From assembly GCA_002794465.1 (NCBI GenBank), contig MTSL01000168.1:56001-88000 (forward strand): a DNA stretch of 32,000 nucleotides, given 5' to 3'. The stretch is from Paramicrosporidium saccamoebae KSL3. Its lineage: Eukaryota > Fungi > Cryptomycota. Each line of letters starts with the position of its first letter. Within the stretch, counting starts at the first letter, position 1. Below are positions 10,019 through 19,764 of the stretch, in pieces. The translations under genes were made by a program, and so were the position numbers. The notes below the pieces were generated by a model that did not search any database, was not told the origin of the DNA, and worked only from the letters and a program-made list of their open reading frames with translations.

Positions 10019-12508
10019 TTATGCGCGACGCCAGGATCCTCCTCCAAATGCTCCTCCCCCACTACTGGATTGTGCTCCAAATGGAGACGATGCACTTCTT
10101 GAGCCAAACGGAGAGGAAGCGGTTTCTGGGACGTTACGCTTGCTGGGTGGCACATATGCCTTGGACAAGGCGGCATCCTTGGCAATGCGCTCTTCCTCCT
10201 CCTTAGCACGCTGTTCCTCGTCAGCACGACGACGCTCTTCCACCTCTCGTTTAGTGGCAGCCTGAGTACGGGCTCTTTCTCGGCGTGCCTCCTTGGCAGT
10301 CTCCAAGTCTGCTGCAGCCTTGGCCTTTTTGGCCTCTAGAGAATCTTGACGACGCGTCTTTAGACCCTCGACGTAGGATTTATAATCGTCACTCATGGCC
10401 GTCAGGTTGGCCTTTAGCTGAATTTCAGCCTCAAACTGTGACTTTGCCTTTTCGTGTATCAGAACAGTCCGCTCATCGTAGGCTACACGATCGTCCTTTT
10501 TCTGCTTCTCATAATCAGTGGTAAGGAGGGGAATCTCTTCTTGACGATATGCGCGTTCCAAATGATCCAGTCTTCGAACCACAGCAATCATCTTTTCCAG
10601 GTTGGCACGTCTTGCAGCAGCCTCCTTTTTGCGTTCCACCTCTTCCTCCCGCTTCTGCTCTTGGTCACGTCGGATTTCTTCCCGCTCAGCCTCACGACGA
10701 GCCGCCTCGCGTTTTGCAGTCTCCTCAGCAAGACGAATCTTTTCAGCCTCCTTTTCCTGCTGCACCTTTACTGCGCGCTCACGAGCCTCTTCGCGTTCCT
10801 TGCGTTGTGCAATTTCCTCCAAAATTTCCTTCTTCTTCTCAATCAGCGTCTTTCTCGCCAAGTTTGCCTTTTGCTCAGAATCCAAGTTGGCACGAGCCTT
10901 TCGTACCAATTCATCCAAATCAATTTTTGGCTTTTGCTCCGTGGCAAAGGAAATCTTTTTGCATGCCTCCTCAATCATGGAAATCACCTGTAGCGTCTTG
11001 CTCTGCAATGGGTTGTTAATTTCAATCTTGGGAGGGACAGCAAAGCAGGGCTTCTTAAAACGAACCACACCCGTTTCATGATCAATTCGAAGATGAAAGT
11101 CTCCGCTACGGCATCCTTCAATGATGAATGCATCGAGATTGAATTCCTTAATCGAGAGACTGGGCATAGCAATCTTCTTCTCCAGGGCTTCAAAGGTCTC
11201 GACCTTTCCAGTCTGGGAAATTTTCTTAAAAATCAATGCCACAATGTTCTTGTAGATGGCCGGCACGAATGCACTGAATTGCGGGTTCTGCTCAAGCTCT
11301 TGTAGATGCTTCTCAACAGTGGCGGTATCAAAGTCGCCCTTTGTCGTCTCCAACAGATTAAACAGCTTCTGTGCCGTCTCATTCGCGCGCGGAAGAATGT
11401 CACGCGAAAAGAGCTCCTTGAGAACACCACTGCGACTGGGCGCCTTTTGCAGTCCCAAAAAGTGAGCGAGACGAGTGTTCTTGGCCTCGGTTTCTTCCAA
11501 GGTCATGGTATTAGTGGCATCATGGTCATGCAGGAGAGGAGAGGCGACAGTTGCAAGAACCGCCATAGTAGCATCTATGCCAATCTTGTATTCGTCATTT
11601 TGACTTTTGGCAAGGGAAAAGAGTTTACATAGAGTTGCGGCAAGATAGAGATAATTGTTTGACATTTGGAAAACGCGGCAGAGACGTTCATAATAAGTCA
11701 TGACCAAGGCAGGCTTTGCAGACTTGCGCGCCAGTACAAAGAGACCATGAATGTCCTCAATTGACCGGAATGCTTCATGCCACAGCTCCATCTCGGTGGC
11801 CACTGCAAGCTGTTCAAAACGCAGCTCCAACTGCAACTGATGGCTGGCCGGCTCGCTCAGTGAAATCCCATTAGTCTGGCCGGGATATTTGTTAATGATG
11901 GACAAGTGGTGACGCAGAATCTCACAGAGACGACGGAATTCGGCCTTGCGACCGTACTTGCGACAGAAGATAAAGGCGCGTTCCACTATCACACGGTACA
12001 CTGACTCGAGCTTGTTGTTATGCCGGCAAATGTCCAGAATGATGCGATACACTTCCCAGACGAAGCGCAGCCACGGAGTGACAGCCTCATGTCCAGTTCT
12101 CTCCTTCTCGTCGCCCAAAGTTGTTCCCCATACGGAAGCAAGAGTCTCTGGGACCTGTTCCAGATCCTCAACAGTCTCCTCGGCCGTAGCCTCGCTGTGC
12201 TTTACTGCCAGCTTTCCTTCTGCGGCACCCAAGAAGCGCATCATGACACTCTCCAGGCCAGCAACGTTGACATTCTGACTAATACTTCGGTACTGGTGCA
12301 AGCCGTCCTTTGCCAAACGACCGCGACGTAGTTCTACACAAAGCTCTACAAATTTGGCCATGATGGCATCGAGAGCGAGCAGGTTGTGTTGGAACCAGCG
12401 GGAGATGATGGCGTCATGAAGGAGCTGCAGGGCAGCCGACTGGTTACCCACTGTAATAAGTTCCTCGGCACGCGCAAGAGCGTTCTCGAGACGATGATGT
12501 GCTACCAT
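10019..12508 (-). CDS. TIF32: Translation initiation factor eIF3 subunit A (829 aa)
   Basis: N-terminus RLENALARAEELITVG, TPWLRFVWEVYR, AEFRRLCEILRHHL, ELWHEAFRSIEDIHGL, and a charged coiled-coil C-terminal half with LDHLERAYRQEEIPL. Confidence 0.96.
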   Translation of the reverse strand: MVAHHRLENALARAEELITVGNQSAALQLLHDAIISRWFQHNLLALDAIMAKFVELCVELRRGRLAKDGLHQYRSISQNVNVAGLESVMMRFLGAAEGKLAVKHSEATAEETVEDLEQVPETLASVWGTTLGDEKERTGHEAVTPWLRFVWEVYRIILDICRHNNKLESVYRVIVERAFIFCRKYGRKAEFRRLCEILRHHLSIINKYPGQTNGISLSEPASHQLQLELRFEQLAVATEMELWHEAFRSIEDIHGLFVLARKSAKPALVMTYYERLCRVFQMSNNYLYLAATLCKLFSLAKSQNDEYKIGIDATMAVLATVASPLLHDHDATNTMTLEETEAKNTRLAHFLGLQKAPSRSGVLKELFSRDILPRANETAQKLFNLLETTKGDFDTATVEKHLQELEQNPQFSAFVPAIYKNIVALIFKKISQTGKVETFEALEKKIAMPSLSIKEFNLDAFIIEGCRSGDFHLRIDHETGVVRFKKPCFAVPPKIEINNPLQSKTLQVISMIEEACKKISFATEQKPKIDLDELVRKARANLDSEQKANLARKTLIEKKKEILEEIAQRKEREEARERAVKVQQEKEAEKIRLAEETAKREAARREAEREEIRRDQEQKREEEVERKKEAAARRANLEKMIAVVRRLDHLERAYRQEEIPLLTTDYEKQKKDDRVAYDERTVLIHEKAKSQFEAEIQLKANLTAMSDDYKSYVEGLKTRRQDSLEAKKAKAAADLETAKEARRERARTQAATKREVEERRRADEEQRAKEEEERIAKDAALSKAYVPPSKRNVPETASSPFGSRSASSPFGAQSSSGGGAFGGGSWRRA

Positions 12509-12764
12509 TTGGATGGATGGTTGGTGGGACCACGGCTGACACTTGAAGGGCGAGTCGAGGGTTAGACGTTAAAGGTCTAAGAATCCCAGGGCGCCTACCC
12601 ATTGCAATGTAATAATAGTCTATTATTCTGCTCTAAATAAATAATACGGTGATGCATTCGCGATATATAATCATTAACGAAGCACCCAGCTATTCACGAC
12701 ATGTCCAATCATTTGTGACATGTCTAGTCATCCATAATACATCCCAAACCCACCCCATCATCCT

Positions 12765-13919
12765 CTAATCATGCTGCTCTAATTGTGACCATGACGGCAT
12801 TTCAGTTTCAAAAGACCATGCATCGCATGAATAACGATATGCATGTAAATAAATACATAATTGTTCCGGTGTAGGATCAGGTCTACTCAGTTCGCATTCT
12901 GGACACAATATTCCTGCCTCCTTATTAATGGCAATCTCCAGAGCATCATCTTCCAGCTTTTTAGTCTCCTCCAACAGTGTTCTGGCAATCATCTTGAGCT
13001 CACTGGCATCTGGTTCACCCTTGACTGGCCAAACCTTGTTATTGTACAAATGATCGTTGACAATTGGATGGCCAAGAAATCGTAGATGCACTCTAATCTG
13101 ATGGGTCCGACCGGTAAGTGGACGACATCTAACAACCGATTCGGCTCCATTGGTGGAGATTCGCTCAAATACCGTTTCACTCTCCTTCCCACCCTCCCTA
13201 TCTACAGTGACCAAGCCCAACTTGTGTTCAATGACCCGCAGCGGCTCACTGCAGACAATCTTTTCAGCAGGAAACTCGCCTACAACCCGCGCAATGTACT
13301 CTTTGGTAAACTGGCGATCCTCCATCTGCTGATGCAACTTTTCCGCCGCCTTGGAATTGGTTCCCAGGATGCATATTCCAGAGGTGAGCCGGTCCAGTCT
13401 ATTGATGAGGGAGAGATGCACAAGGTCGTGATCATGTCTGAGGATTTCGACAACTGTATTGAAGCGATAGCGGCCAGACGGATGAGCCGGTATTGACGCT
13501 GGCTTGTCAATCACCAGCAAACCATCGCGTTGTTCAATAATTCGAATGGGCTGTGAAGACACTGGTGGCTCGTGACGATGGAGTCGATGAGAAATAAGGT
13601 CGCTCTGTTCCACTCGCTGTTCGAGTGTGCATGCCTCTCCGTTAATCATAATCAAGTTTCTCTGTATCGCTTCCTGGTAATAGCGGGCTGGGCGGTCACG
13701 AAATTCTTTCAGGAACACATCCAGGACTGTGCGTCCCAGCCAGCGTTCCTTGGCATACGTCTGATACTCAAAATAATACGGTTTTACTTTTCGCAATCCA
13801 TTCTCAAACCAATATTCAGGCTTTACTTCCTCAAACAGTCGCTCGTTGCTCCTTGCTGTAAGTGTCTTGGGTGCTGGTCGTTTCATGCTTGCAATGCTTA
13901 TCGTCCGTTTAGGGAGCAT
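12765..13919 (-). CDS. RluA-family pseudouridine synthase (Rib2/Pus9/RPUSD2-like)
   Basis: FENGLRKVKPYY, YAKERWLG, S4-like segment, IDKPASIPAHPSG, catalytic NRLDRLTSG and LTGRTHQIRVHL. The likely start is ATG 13919 or 13886; the longer ORF start at 14087 lies antisense inside THO1. Confidence 0.9.
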   Translation of the reverse strand: MLPKRTISIASMKRPAPKTLTARSNERLFEEVKPEYWFENGLRKVKPYYFEYQTYAKERWLGRTVLDVFLKEFRDRPARYYQEAIQRNLIMINGEACTLEQRVEQSDLISHRLHRHEPPVSSQPIRIIEQRDGLLVIDKPASIPAHPSGRYRFNTVVEILRHDHDLVHLSLINRLDRLTSGICILGTNSKAAEKLHQQMEDRQFTKEYIARVVGEFPAEKIVCSEPLRVIEHKLGLVTVDREGGKESETVFERISTNGAESVVRCRPLTGRTHQIRVHLRFLGHPIVNDHLYNNKVWPVKGEPDASELKMIARTLLEETKKLEDDALEIAINKEAGILCPECELSRPDPTPEQLCIYLHAYRYSCDAWSFETEMPSWSQLEQHD

Positions 13920-13939
13920 CCCGGCGACCAATAGGAGGG

Positions 13940-14401
13940 ATGGACGAGTCCGCGGTAAGACAATTGAAAGTTGCCGAACTGCGGGGCGAGCTAACAAAAC
14001 TCGGTCTGCCAACGGGTGGGAAAAAGGATGAGCTGCAGACACGTCTAATTGAGGCATTGCAGGCGTCCGCGGTGAGCAATCAGACAAAGTCGGCTAATCC
14101 GAGCAGGCCGAGCAAACCAATCAGTCCCACCAGTCCTACCAGCCAGCCCGCTGCACACGCCCCATCAGACAGAATGGCAGAACGTGCTGCCCGGTTCAAA
14201 ATAGAACCAGTGGGTTCAGGAGATGAGAGGCTTAAAAAACGCAAGGAGCGTTTCGGCTCAATATCTGAAGACTTTTTCGATATGGAAAAGCTGAGGGCAC
14301 GTCAGGCGCGGTTTGGTGTGGTGACCAGTGAGAGGCTGGCGCAGGACGATATGAACGCGCAAAAGGTGAAGCGGTTGCAGCGTTTTGGATTGAATTCCTA
14401 A
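13940..14401 (+). CDS. THO1: SAP-domain mRNP protein (Tho1/SARNP/CIP29-like, 153 aa)
   Basis: N-terminal SAP domain (LKVAELRGELTKLGLPTGGKKDELQTRL) and repeated C-terminal R..RFG motifs (ERAARF, KRKERFG, ARQARFG, KRLQRFG). Confidence 0.85.
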   Translation: MDESAVRQLKVAELRGELTKLGLPTGGKKDELQTRLIEALQASAVSNQTKSANPSRPSKPISPTSPTSQPAAHAPSDRMAERAARFKIEPVGSGDERLKKRKERFGSISEDFFDMEKLRARQARFGVVTSERLAQDDMNAQKVKRLQRFGLNS

Positions 14402-14470
14402 CTTGTAGCGTAGCAAGGTAAGTAGGTAGCTAGCTGTACACTGAAAATAAAATTCTTCTAACAACTACAG

Positions 14471-15949
14471 TTAATGACGGTTCGCTGTAGCCAGTTTAAT
14501 CTTCTCCTTTAGAGCAGGAGAGATTGGATCTGCAACTTTAGGGAGGCGCTCCCAATTAGCCATGGCGGTTTTGCGAATGTCGTCAAATGACCTTTTTAGG
14601 GTGACCGGTCCATGGTCATAGTAAACTTGCAGCAATTCAGGCCCCTCTGGCTCTTGTCCCAGCGGATGGACCATTGGCACCCCGATAGCATTCTTTTTCA
14701 CGGAAAACAGGCCAGGCAAGCTGAACTTTTGAACGTCAGTTTTGGGAGTCTTGCACACATCACGGGAAGCACCATCAGCATCCCGGACGAACGAAAGTTT
14801 TGTGGCAAAACTCATCGTGTCTCTGTGGATCTTATGAAGTAGATTTGATCCCATTCCAAAGACAACATTTTGCGCAGAGTACCCAGAACTCAAGACCCCC
14901 TCAATGATCCGTTGAATTTGATTGTAATCTATCCCATCACCCTGAACCACGCCACATCCTCTTAAAACTTTAAATCCCAGCGAGTTGACATCTGATCCAA
15001 ACACTCTGTCTGCAGCCACCAAGGCATCCAGGACAGCCTGTAGTGAATCTCCAGAGTCTGGTCTTAGCACCATGAACCCGCCGCTCTTTAATTTGAAAGA
15101 CTCGATCACTGTGGGAAGCACTACCTCTAATGCATTTGCATAATCATAAGAGTCCATGACACATGCAAAGGCACCGTCTCCAAATTGCTCCATTGTCTGT
15201 AGGATTGCCTCTCTTTCCGAGCCAAAAGCAGTCATGACGGAATGCTCTGTTGCCGGAATTGATTGGCCTACCGGTCTGCCTTCGTTTAGATGGAACTGCA
15301 CATGAGCAGCAGCTGCTGCCGTATCAGTACCCGTAAAGCTGAGCAAATGAGCAGTGCCACCAATAATGGCCTGTTCAACGCATGTGCAGCCGCGGAAGCC
15401 GAAATCGTGCAGTCGACTATCGAGAAGGTAGTGCATTTCAAGCTCCACAGACTGATGGAATGCCACCTCAATTAGGTCGCGAATGCGACGAGACAGCGTG
15501 GCGACAGTGGTAGGATACCAGACCATGGTAAGAAGCGTCTCCATCCACGTAACCAGTCCCGCAAACTCTTCCGTAGCAGTGACCGTATACACTGGCGTAT
15601 GTGGATAAATCACCTCCCCCTCCGATAAGCCAGTAACCTTAATAGGGAACCAGCCGTCATGCTCATCGATAATCCTTTGGAACAACTCACGGGGGAACGG
15701 ATAGGCGCCATACCCAACATTGTGGGTGGAAAAGAATGAACAAGAGTCTTCCAAGTCTGACTGTGTCCATCTTCTTTCCAAATACTTTTCCACAATATAC
15801 CGCATCCCGTAGAACAATATCCGCTGGTCCGTCAAATCCCTCTCAAACGAACAGCGAAATTCGCCATATGCTACGCGTTCTTTGGCCGGTGGATATAGGA
15901 ACGGATGAGAGGCCTTGTAAGAGTCTGTCAAAACCCCAATTGGAATCAT
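14471..15949 (-). CDS. NAMPT: Nicotinamide phosphoribosyltransferase (492 aa)
   Basis: TDSYKASH, HDFGFRG, SIPATEHS, VMDSYD, RPDSGD, QGDGI and FGMG..LL.K..RD match NAMPT. NAPRT/Npt1 typically has TDLYQ/KLTM instead. Confidence 0.85.
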   Translation of the reverse strand: MIPIGVLTDSYKASHPFLYPPAKERVAYGEFRCSFERDLTDQRILFYGMRYIVEKYLERRWTQSDLEDSCSFFSTHNVGYGAYPFPRELFQRIIDEHDGWFPIKVTGLSEGEVIYPHTPVYTVTATEEFAGLVTWMETLLTMVWYPTTVATLSRRIRDLIEVAFHQSVELEMHYLLDSRLHDFGFRGCTCVEQAIIGGTAHLLSFTGTDTAAAAAHVQFHLNEGRPVGQSIPATEHSVMTAFGSEREAILQTMEQFGDGAFACVMDSYDYANALEVVLPTVIESFKLKSGGFMVLRPDSGDSLQAVLDALVAADRVFGSDVNSLGFKVLRGCGVVQGDGIDYNQIQRIIEGVLSSGYSAQNVVFGMGSNLLHKIHRDTMSFATKLSFVRDADGASRDVCKTPKTDVQKFSLPGLFSVKKNAIGVPMVHPLGQEPEGPELLQVYYDHGPVTLKRSFDDIRKTAMANWERLPKVADPISPALKEKIKLATANRH

Positions 15950-16018
15950 GCTCTTTACGAAAAGACGGTAAGATGTGTTAGGTTAGGTAGTGTGTCCAAG
16001 GACTAGGGGTAAATGGCT

Positions 16019-16050
16019 TTTGTTTCCAACTCCCCAAAATTGGAAACAAA
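16019..16050. other. Perfect 11-bp inverted repeat (hairpin) between the SLY1 stop and the NAMPT start
   Basis: tttgtttccaa (16019-16029), a 10-nt loop ctccccaaaa, then ttggaaacaaa (16040-16050). Confidence 0.75.
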
Positions 16051-16081
16051 GACTCTTTAATGGGGTTTTGATCTGTAGATA

Positions 16082-16101
16082 TACACACACACACTCACAC
16101 A
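16082..16101. repeat. Short (CA)n microsatellite
   Basis: tacacacacacactcacaca in the SLY1 3' flank. Confidence 0.6.
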
Positions 16102-16141
16102 GGCTCCATTCGCATCGTAATAGTTTTATTATACAGGCAAT

Positions 16142-18174
16142 TTAAGGACGGTGTAGTTTAGTCAACTGTCCGAGGAACTCTTCGCCAGTAAGCAGTTCAG
16201 TGGACCCAAAGGTGAGATTCAACTTTAGCTGCTTCTTTCGAAGAAACTCTTCCACATGGTTGTATTCCGTATAATTGGATCCACCCACAATAAAAACTAT
16301 TAGCTGGTTGAATGCGGATCTTTGCACCGAGGCTGTCTGAGCACGACCACGATCCCGAGACGCTTTGGGATCAAAGATGGTAAACTGATCGTCTTTGGGA
16401 GTGGTGGCGCTTGTAAAGGTATTTCTGAGCGCTGAGGCTGTCCCTGTTGCCGCACCAGTAGCCGCCTCAATTGCAGAATCAACCAGCTTGGTCAGTGGGG
16501 TGTCTGCAGACTCGGGGAGAAGATTCCTCACTCCGCTCAACATGTTTCCCAGTACGCCGCCAGAGATGCGACTGCCAAAACTCTGCAAAAAGTCGCCTCC
16601 AGTCTTGGGGGCGGCTGCGGCAGTGTGCTGGACTGCCTTGGCTGACATTTTCTTGAATGCCTTGATCTTTTTGCAATACTCTAGTGCGCTTAGGTCACAC
16701 TCTGCCTCCCGAAGACAAACTTCGTAAAGTGCCATGTCCTCTTTGCTGACCTCTTCCTGCGCAAAGAAATAAACCAAGAACAGACGCATCTTGTCAGCTG
16801 CTGCCCCCTCTTTGGATCTTAGCACTTCAACCATCTTTGCTTTGGATAGCTCTGCTACCTCTTGCTCCATATGGAACAGATTGCCCAGATCGCGAACTTT
16901 AATCTTTTCTAAAAGCGCAGTTGACATTTGGAGATGACTATCAATGATACGCTTCCTCTCTTGCATTTCAGGAAGCACACTAATGGCTACTTTGAGATCA
17001 TCGGCCGTCATCATGGCGCCAGCATTGCTCAGATCATCAACGTTCTCCAAATCGGCCACTCCGGTGTTGTTTCTTGTCAGCTGTTGCTTATCTTGCTTGT
17101 AAGTATTCAGAGCAACGTCGACATTTTCAGCAACATTTGGAAAGGGCAGAGATGCATTCTGCTGCCAAAAAGTGTCCTTTACGTCAATGTCAAACACTTT
17201 GGTCTCCATACTTCCAGACTCGTTGCGTACAATGGACACTCGATTGAAACGCATTCCAAGCACGTCATGGACTAGGGCATTGTAGGTCGATGTGTGTCGC
17301 AGCAAAGTGGGCACATCAAAGTTACGATCCAGCAACAACATCAATGGACGTTGAATAGAATCTTCAACCACGAGATCAGATTGAGACCCGAGAAAGGTTG
17401 TTCGGGCATTTGCCAAATAATTCCTGATGCGAGTATCAAGTTTTTCTCCCAAGGATTCGGCCGCCGTTCCCTTGCTGGTGTAGATGAGCGGCGGCTGGCC
17501 TCCCATAGTCAGCAAGACTGAAAAGATGCCAGCGCTGGCGTGCTCAAGTGTGGTGTCAATTAGGGTATCTGACGAGGAGGCGTCATTCAAGGTCACAAAG
17601 GCTTCTGGCATGTTCAGGGAGAACATGTTCCTCTCCAAAGTAATATAATTCAAATATTGATCGAAAATCTATGGGTCAGCACACACGTCATTGGTACTTT
17701 TGCGATTAGACCCGAGGCATTGGATTGAACCGAATTATAGGCCAAGTCTTCCAGTAGGGCCCTTGGAATGGACGACGTGAAATTCAAGTAGTAAGACTCG
17801 TAGAGATTGGCTTGCAAGTCCTGACAAATCCTCGCAATATTCTCGGCAGTTGGTTCCACAAAATAGACCGCCGGAACATCAGTAATAGCCTGTCTATCGC
17901 TCTGCAACTGCAGATAGAGCGTAACACCATGGTCCCGCAAGTCGTTGACCTTCATTACTGGCGATAGAATCCTCTGACCGGCGGCATCCAGGACAAGCAC
18001 CTTCCAGGCCGACGTCTCCTGTGGAGAATTCACAGTGCCCAGTCCGCCAACCACGTCTTCTTGGCTTTTGGTGGCATTAAAGTGTAGCATATCAATAACT
18101 AGACTGCGTTGAAGGTCTCGGAGATTGCGAAATGACATTTTTGGTGTTTCGGACACGGTTGTTACCATTGACAC
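16142..18174 (-). CDS. SLY1: Sec1/Munc18-family ER-Golgi protein Sly1, 2 exons
   Basis: WKVLVLD, LRDHGVTLY, DVPAVYFVEPT, YYLNFTSSIPR, RPLMLLLDRNFD, TYNALVHDVLG and LPFPNVAE. A 29-nt intron at 17669-17697 (minus strand gtacca...ctgacccatag) joins IAK-IFDQYLNY. Confidence 0.94.
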
Positions 18175-18425
18175 CCCCGTCTAAATAGTTTTGATTTAAA
18201 ACATGATTTCGAGGCGGCCTGGTATGTTGAGGGTAATAGTCTATAACGGCGCCTTTAATAAAGAAATGCTCTCGCCAACAGAAGTGTTTTGATTCGTGGT
18301 ACTGATCCGTAGTTATACCATCTTACATTTACAATCTAAACTGGATGGCCGGACATTAGGCCTCTCATACCCGGTTATTTCTTCTCACTCATTTTATATA
18401 ATGCAATTTAAAAACATTCACTGGT

Positions 18426-18509
18426 ATAGTAGCGTCTAAAAAATCACACTTGCATAGTAATGTCTAAAACCATCCACTTGCATAGTGATATCTAAAAATA
18501 TCCATTTTC
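18426..18509. repeat. Three imperfect 28-bp tandem repeats in the SLY1/REEP divergent intergenic region
   Basis: atagtagcgtctaaaaaatcacacttgc / atagtaatgtctaaaaccatccacttgc / atagtgatatctaaaaatatccattttc. Confidence 0.85.
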
Positions 18510-18617
18510 AAGCCATTCCCACAGTAATGACCAATAGACAAAAGTAAGGTTGTTTGTTTCCGTGTTTATTTCCGTGTTCATTTCTCATTGGCCGCCAGAG
18601 GTTGCGCAAGCCAGCCA

Positions 18618-19230
18618 ATGCTCCCTTCACTCTTCTCTCGTCTCTTGCAGTACTTTTCTCTTCCATTGCTCACAATGCAGATCAGCAATAGCTCATGTGT
18701 ATCCTGCGTATCGCTCCTACCAGGCGCTGCAGCGTCAACGGCCAGATGAAATTGGCTCATGGCTTACGTATTGGATGGTGCTCGGTGCTTTCCATTCAGC
18801 GGAATGCATGACAGATTCTTTCGTCTGGTGGTACACATTAATTGTGGTTTTAATGACGGATAGGATGCCATTCTATGACGAATGCAAGATACTCATAATA
18901 CTGTGGCTGGTGATGCCCAGTGGACAGGTAGTCCGTCCACCATAATTGACAATTTAGGGTGCCCAAAGCATCTACAGAGCCTACATGCAACCCTTCCTGG
19001 CACGTCACCAGGCGCAAATTGAGAATACCGCCAACGAGTGGAGTCGGCGCGCGCAGACATTTGTGGGCACAACCGTCACCGAGTTTGTGCAGCGCGTGAA
19101 CACGTATATACGCGAGCTTGCCGCGCAACAGTCCGAAGTAGTCACTGTGACGCCAATTGGTGATTTCGACGACATATCATCGGCTGGTCCGAGGATCGTA
19201 GAGATTACGGAAAGCCCAAAGAAGAAGTAA
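18618..19230 (+). CDS. REEP/Yop1 (TB2/DP1/HVA22) ER-shaping protein, REEP1-4-like N-terminus, 4 exons
   Basis: The spliced product reads MLPSLFSRLLQSAIAHVYPAYRSY...WLTYWMV...FVWWMPFYDECK..LWLVMPSGQGAQSIYRAYMQPFL. Introns 18650-18680 (31 nt), 18831-18863 (33 nt) and 18928-18957 (30 nt) are all GT-AG and restore the family motifs. Confidence 0.88.
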
Positions 19231-19438
19231 ACCGTGCGACCTAATAAATTGGAGTGAAAATCGTAATGTTAATGGGAGAGCAAAAGGTACGAGAGGGTGT
19301 ATACGTGGTATAGTAGACTGATCGACAGGTTCCTTATTAGTAGTGCCGCTCCAATCTAACCAGTATACTATCGACAGACCCGGATTAATAGTACGAAAAT
19401 TATCTTTCTGCCTATCAAGATACATGATATGAATAGTG

Positions 19439-19622
19439 TCGCGTAGTGGTGACAATACCACGGCCCAAGTCGTGCGGAAGCCCGTCCACTGCCAATCCTA
19501 GAACAGTCTGGATACACATCTTATTGTCCTCAAATATTCAGCTAATCGATCCACTCTGGCACACAAATATGTCTTCTCCAAACTAGGAAACTATCCTTAA
19601 ATACCCAACCAACCAATCCTCA
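19439..19622 (+). repeat. Dispersed non-coding element, copy 1
   Basis: 19439-19586 aligns without gaps to 24039-24186 (19 mismatches in 148 nt). The 3' extension aa.tacccaac.aa.caa.cctc is shared with the inverted copy at 30897-31075. Confidence 0.9.
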
Positions 19623-19677
19623 AGGTCACAAATAGTACCACACATTATATTTACGAGCCAGAGATTCCAATAGTCTT

Positions 19678-19751
19678 TTTACTACAAACTCTACAAATAT
19701 AGAAAGAATCAAAACGCCCTGCTAAAAGAGCTTTACTACAAACTTTACAAA
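19678..19751. repeat. 20-bp direct repeat upstream of the DUF1640 gene
   Basis: tttactacaaactctacaaa (19678-19697) and tttactacaaactttacaaa (19732-19751), one C/T mismatch. Confidence 0.65.
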
Positions 19752-19764
19752 GAGCAATTACTTA

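Noticed and set aside
10285-11632. Several 70-180 aa plus-strand ORFs opposite eIF3a
   Set aside because: Antisense shadows of the charged, repetitive coiled-coil region, with no domain or independent support.
13920-14087. N-terminal extension of the pseudouridine synthase ORF to 14087
   Set aside because: It runs antisense through the SAP domain of THO1 and is not homologous to Pus proteins; ATG 13919 or 13886 is more plausible.
15977-15988. TTAGG telomere-like repeat
   Set aside because: Only two units, which is expected by chance.
18426-18509. CRISPR-like appearance of 28-bp repeats (also the 127-bp duplication)
   Set aside because: The repeats are contiguous without unique spacers, there are no cas genes, and the context is eukaryotic.
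18550-18617. ORF-track start for the REEP gene
   Set aside because: Non-ATG read-through of intron 1; ATG 18618 plus a 31-nt intron gives the canonical REEP N-terminus.
19439-19500. tRNA gene or tRNA-derived SINE at the head of the dispersed element
   Set aside because: Only a weak A-box-like GCGTAGTGG and one hairpin; no GTTCRA B-box, cloverleaf or CCA-side acceptor stem. Kept only as a remark.
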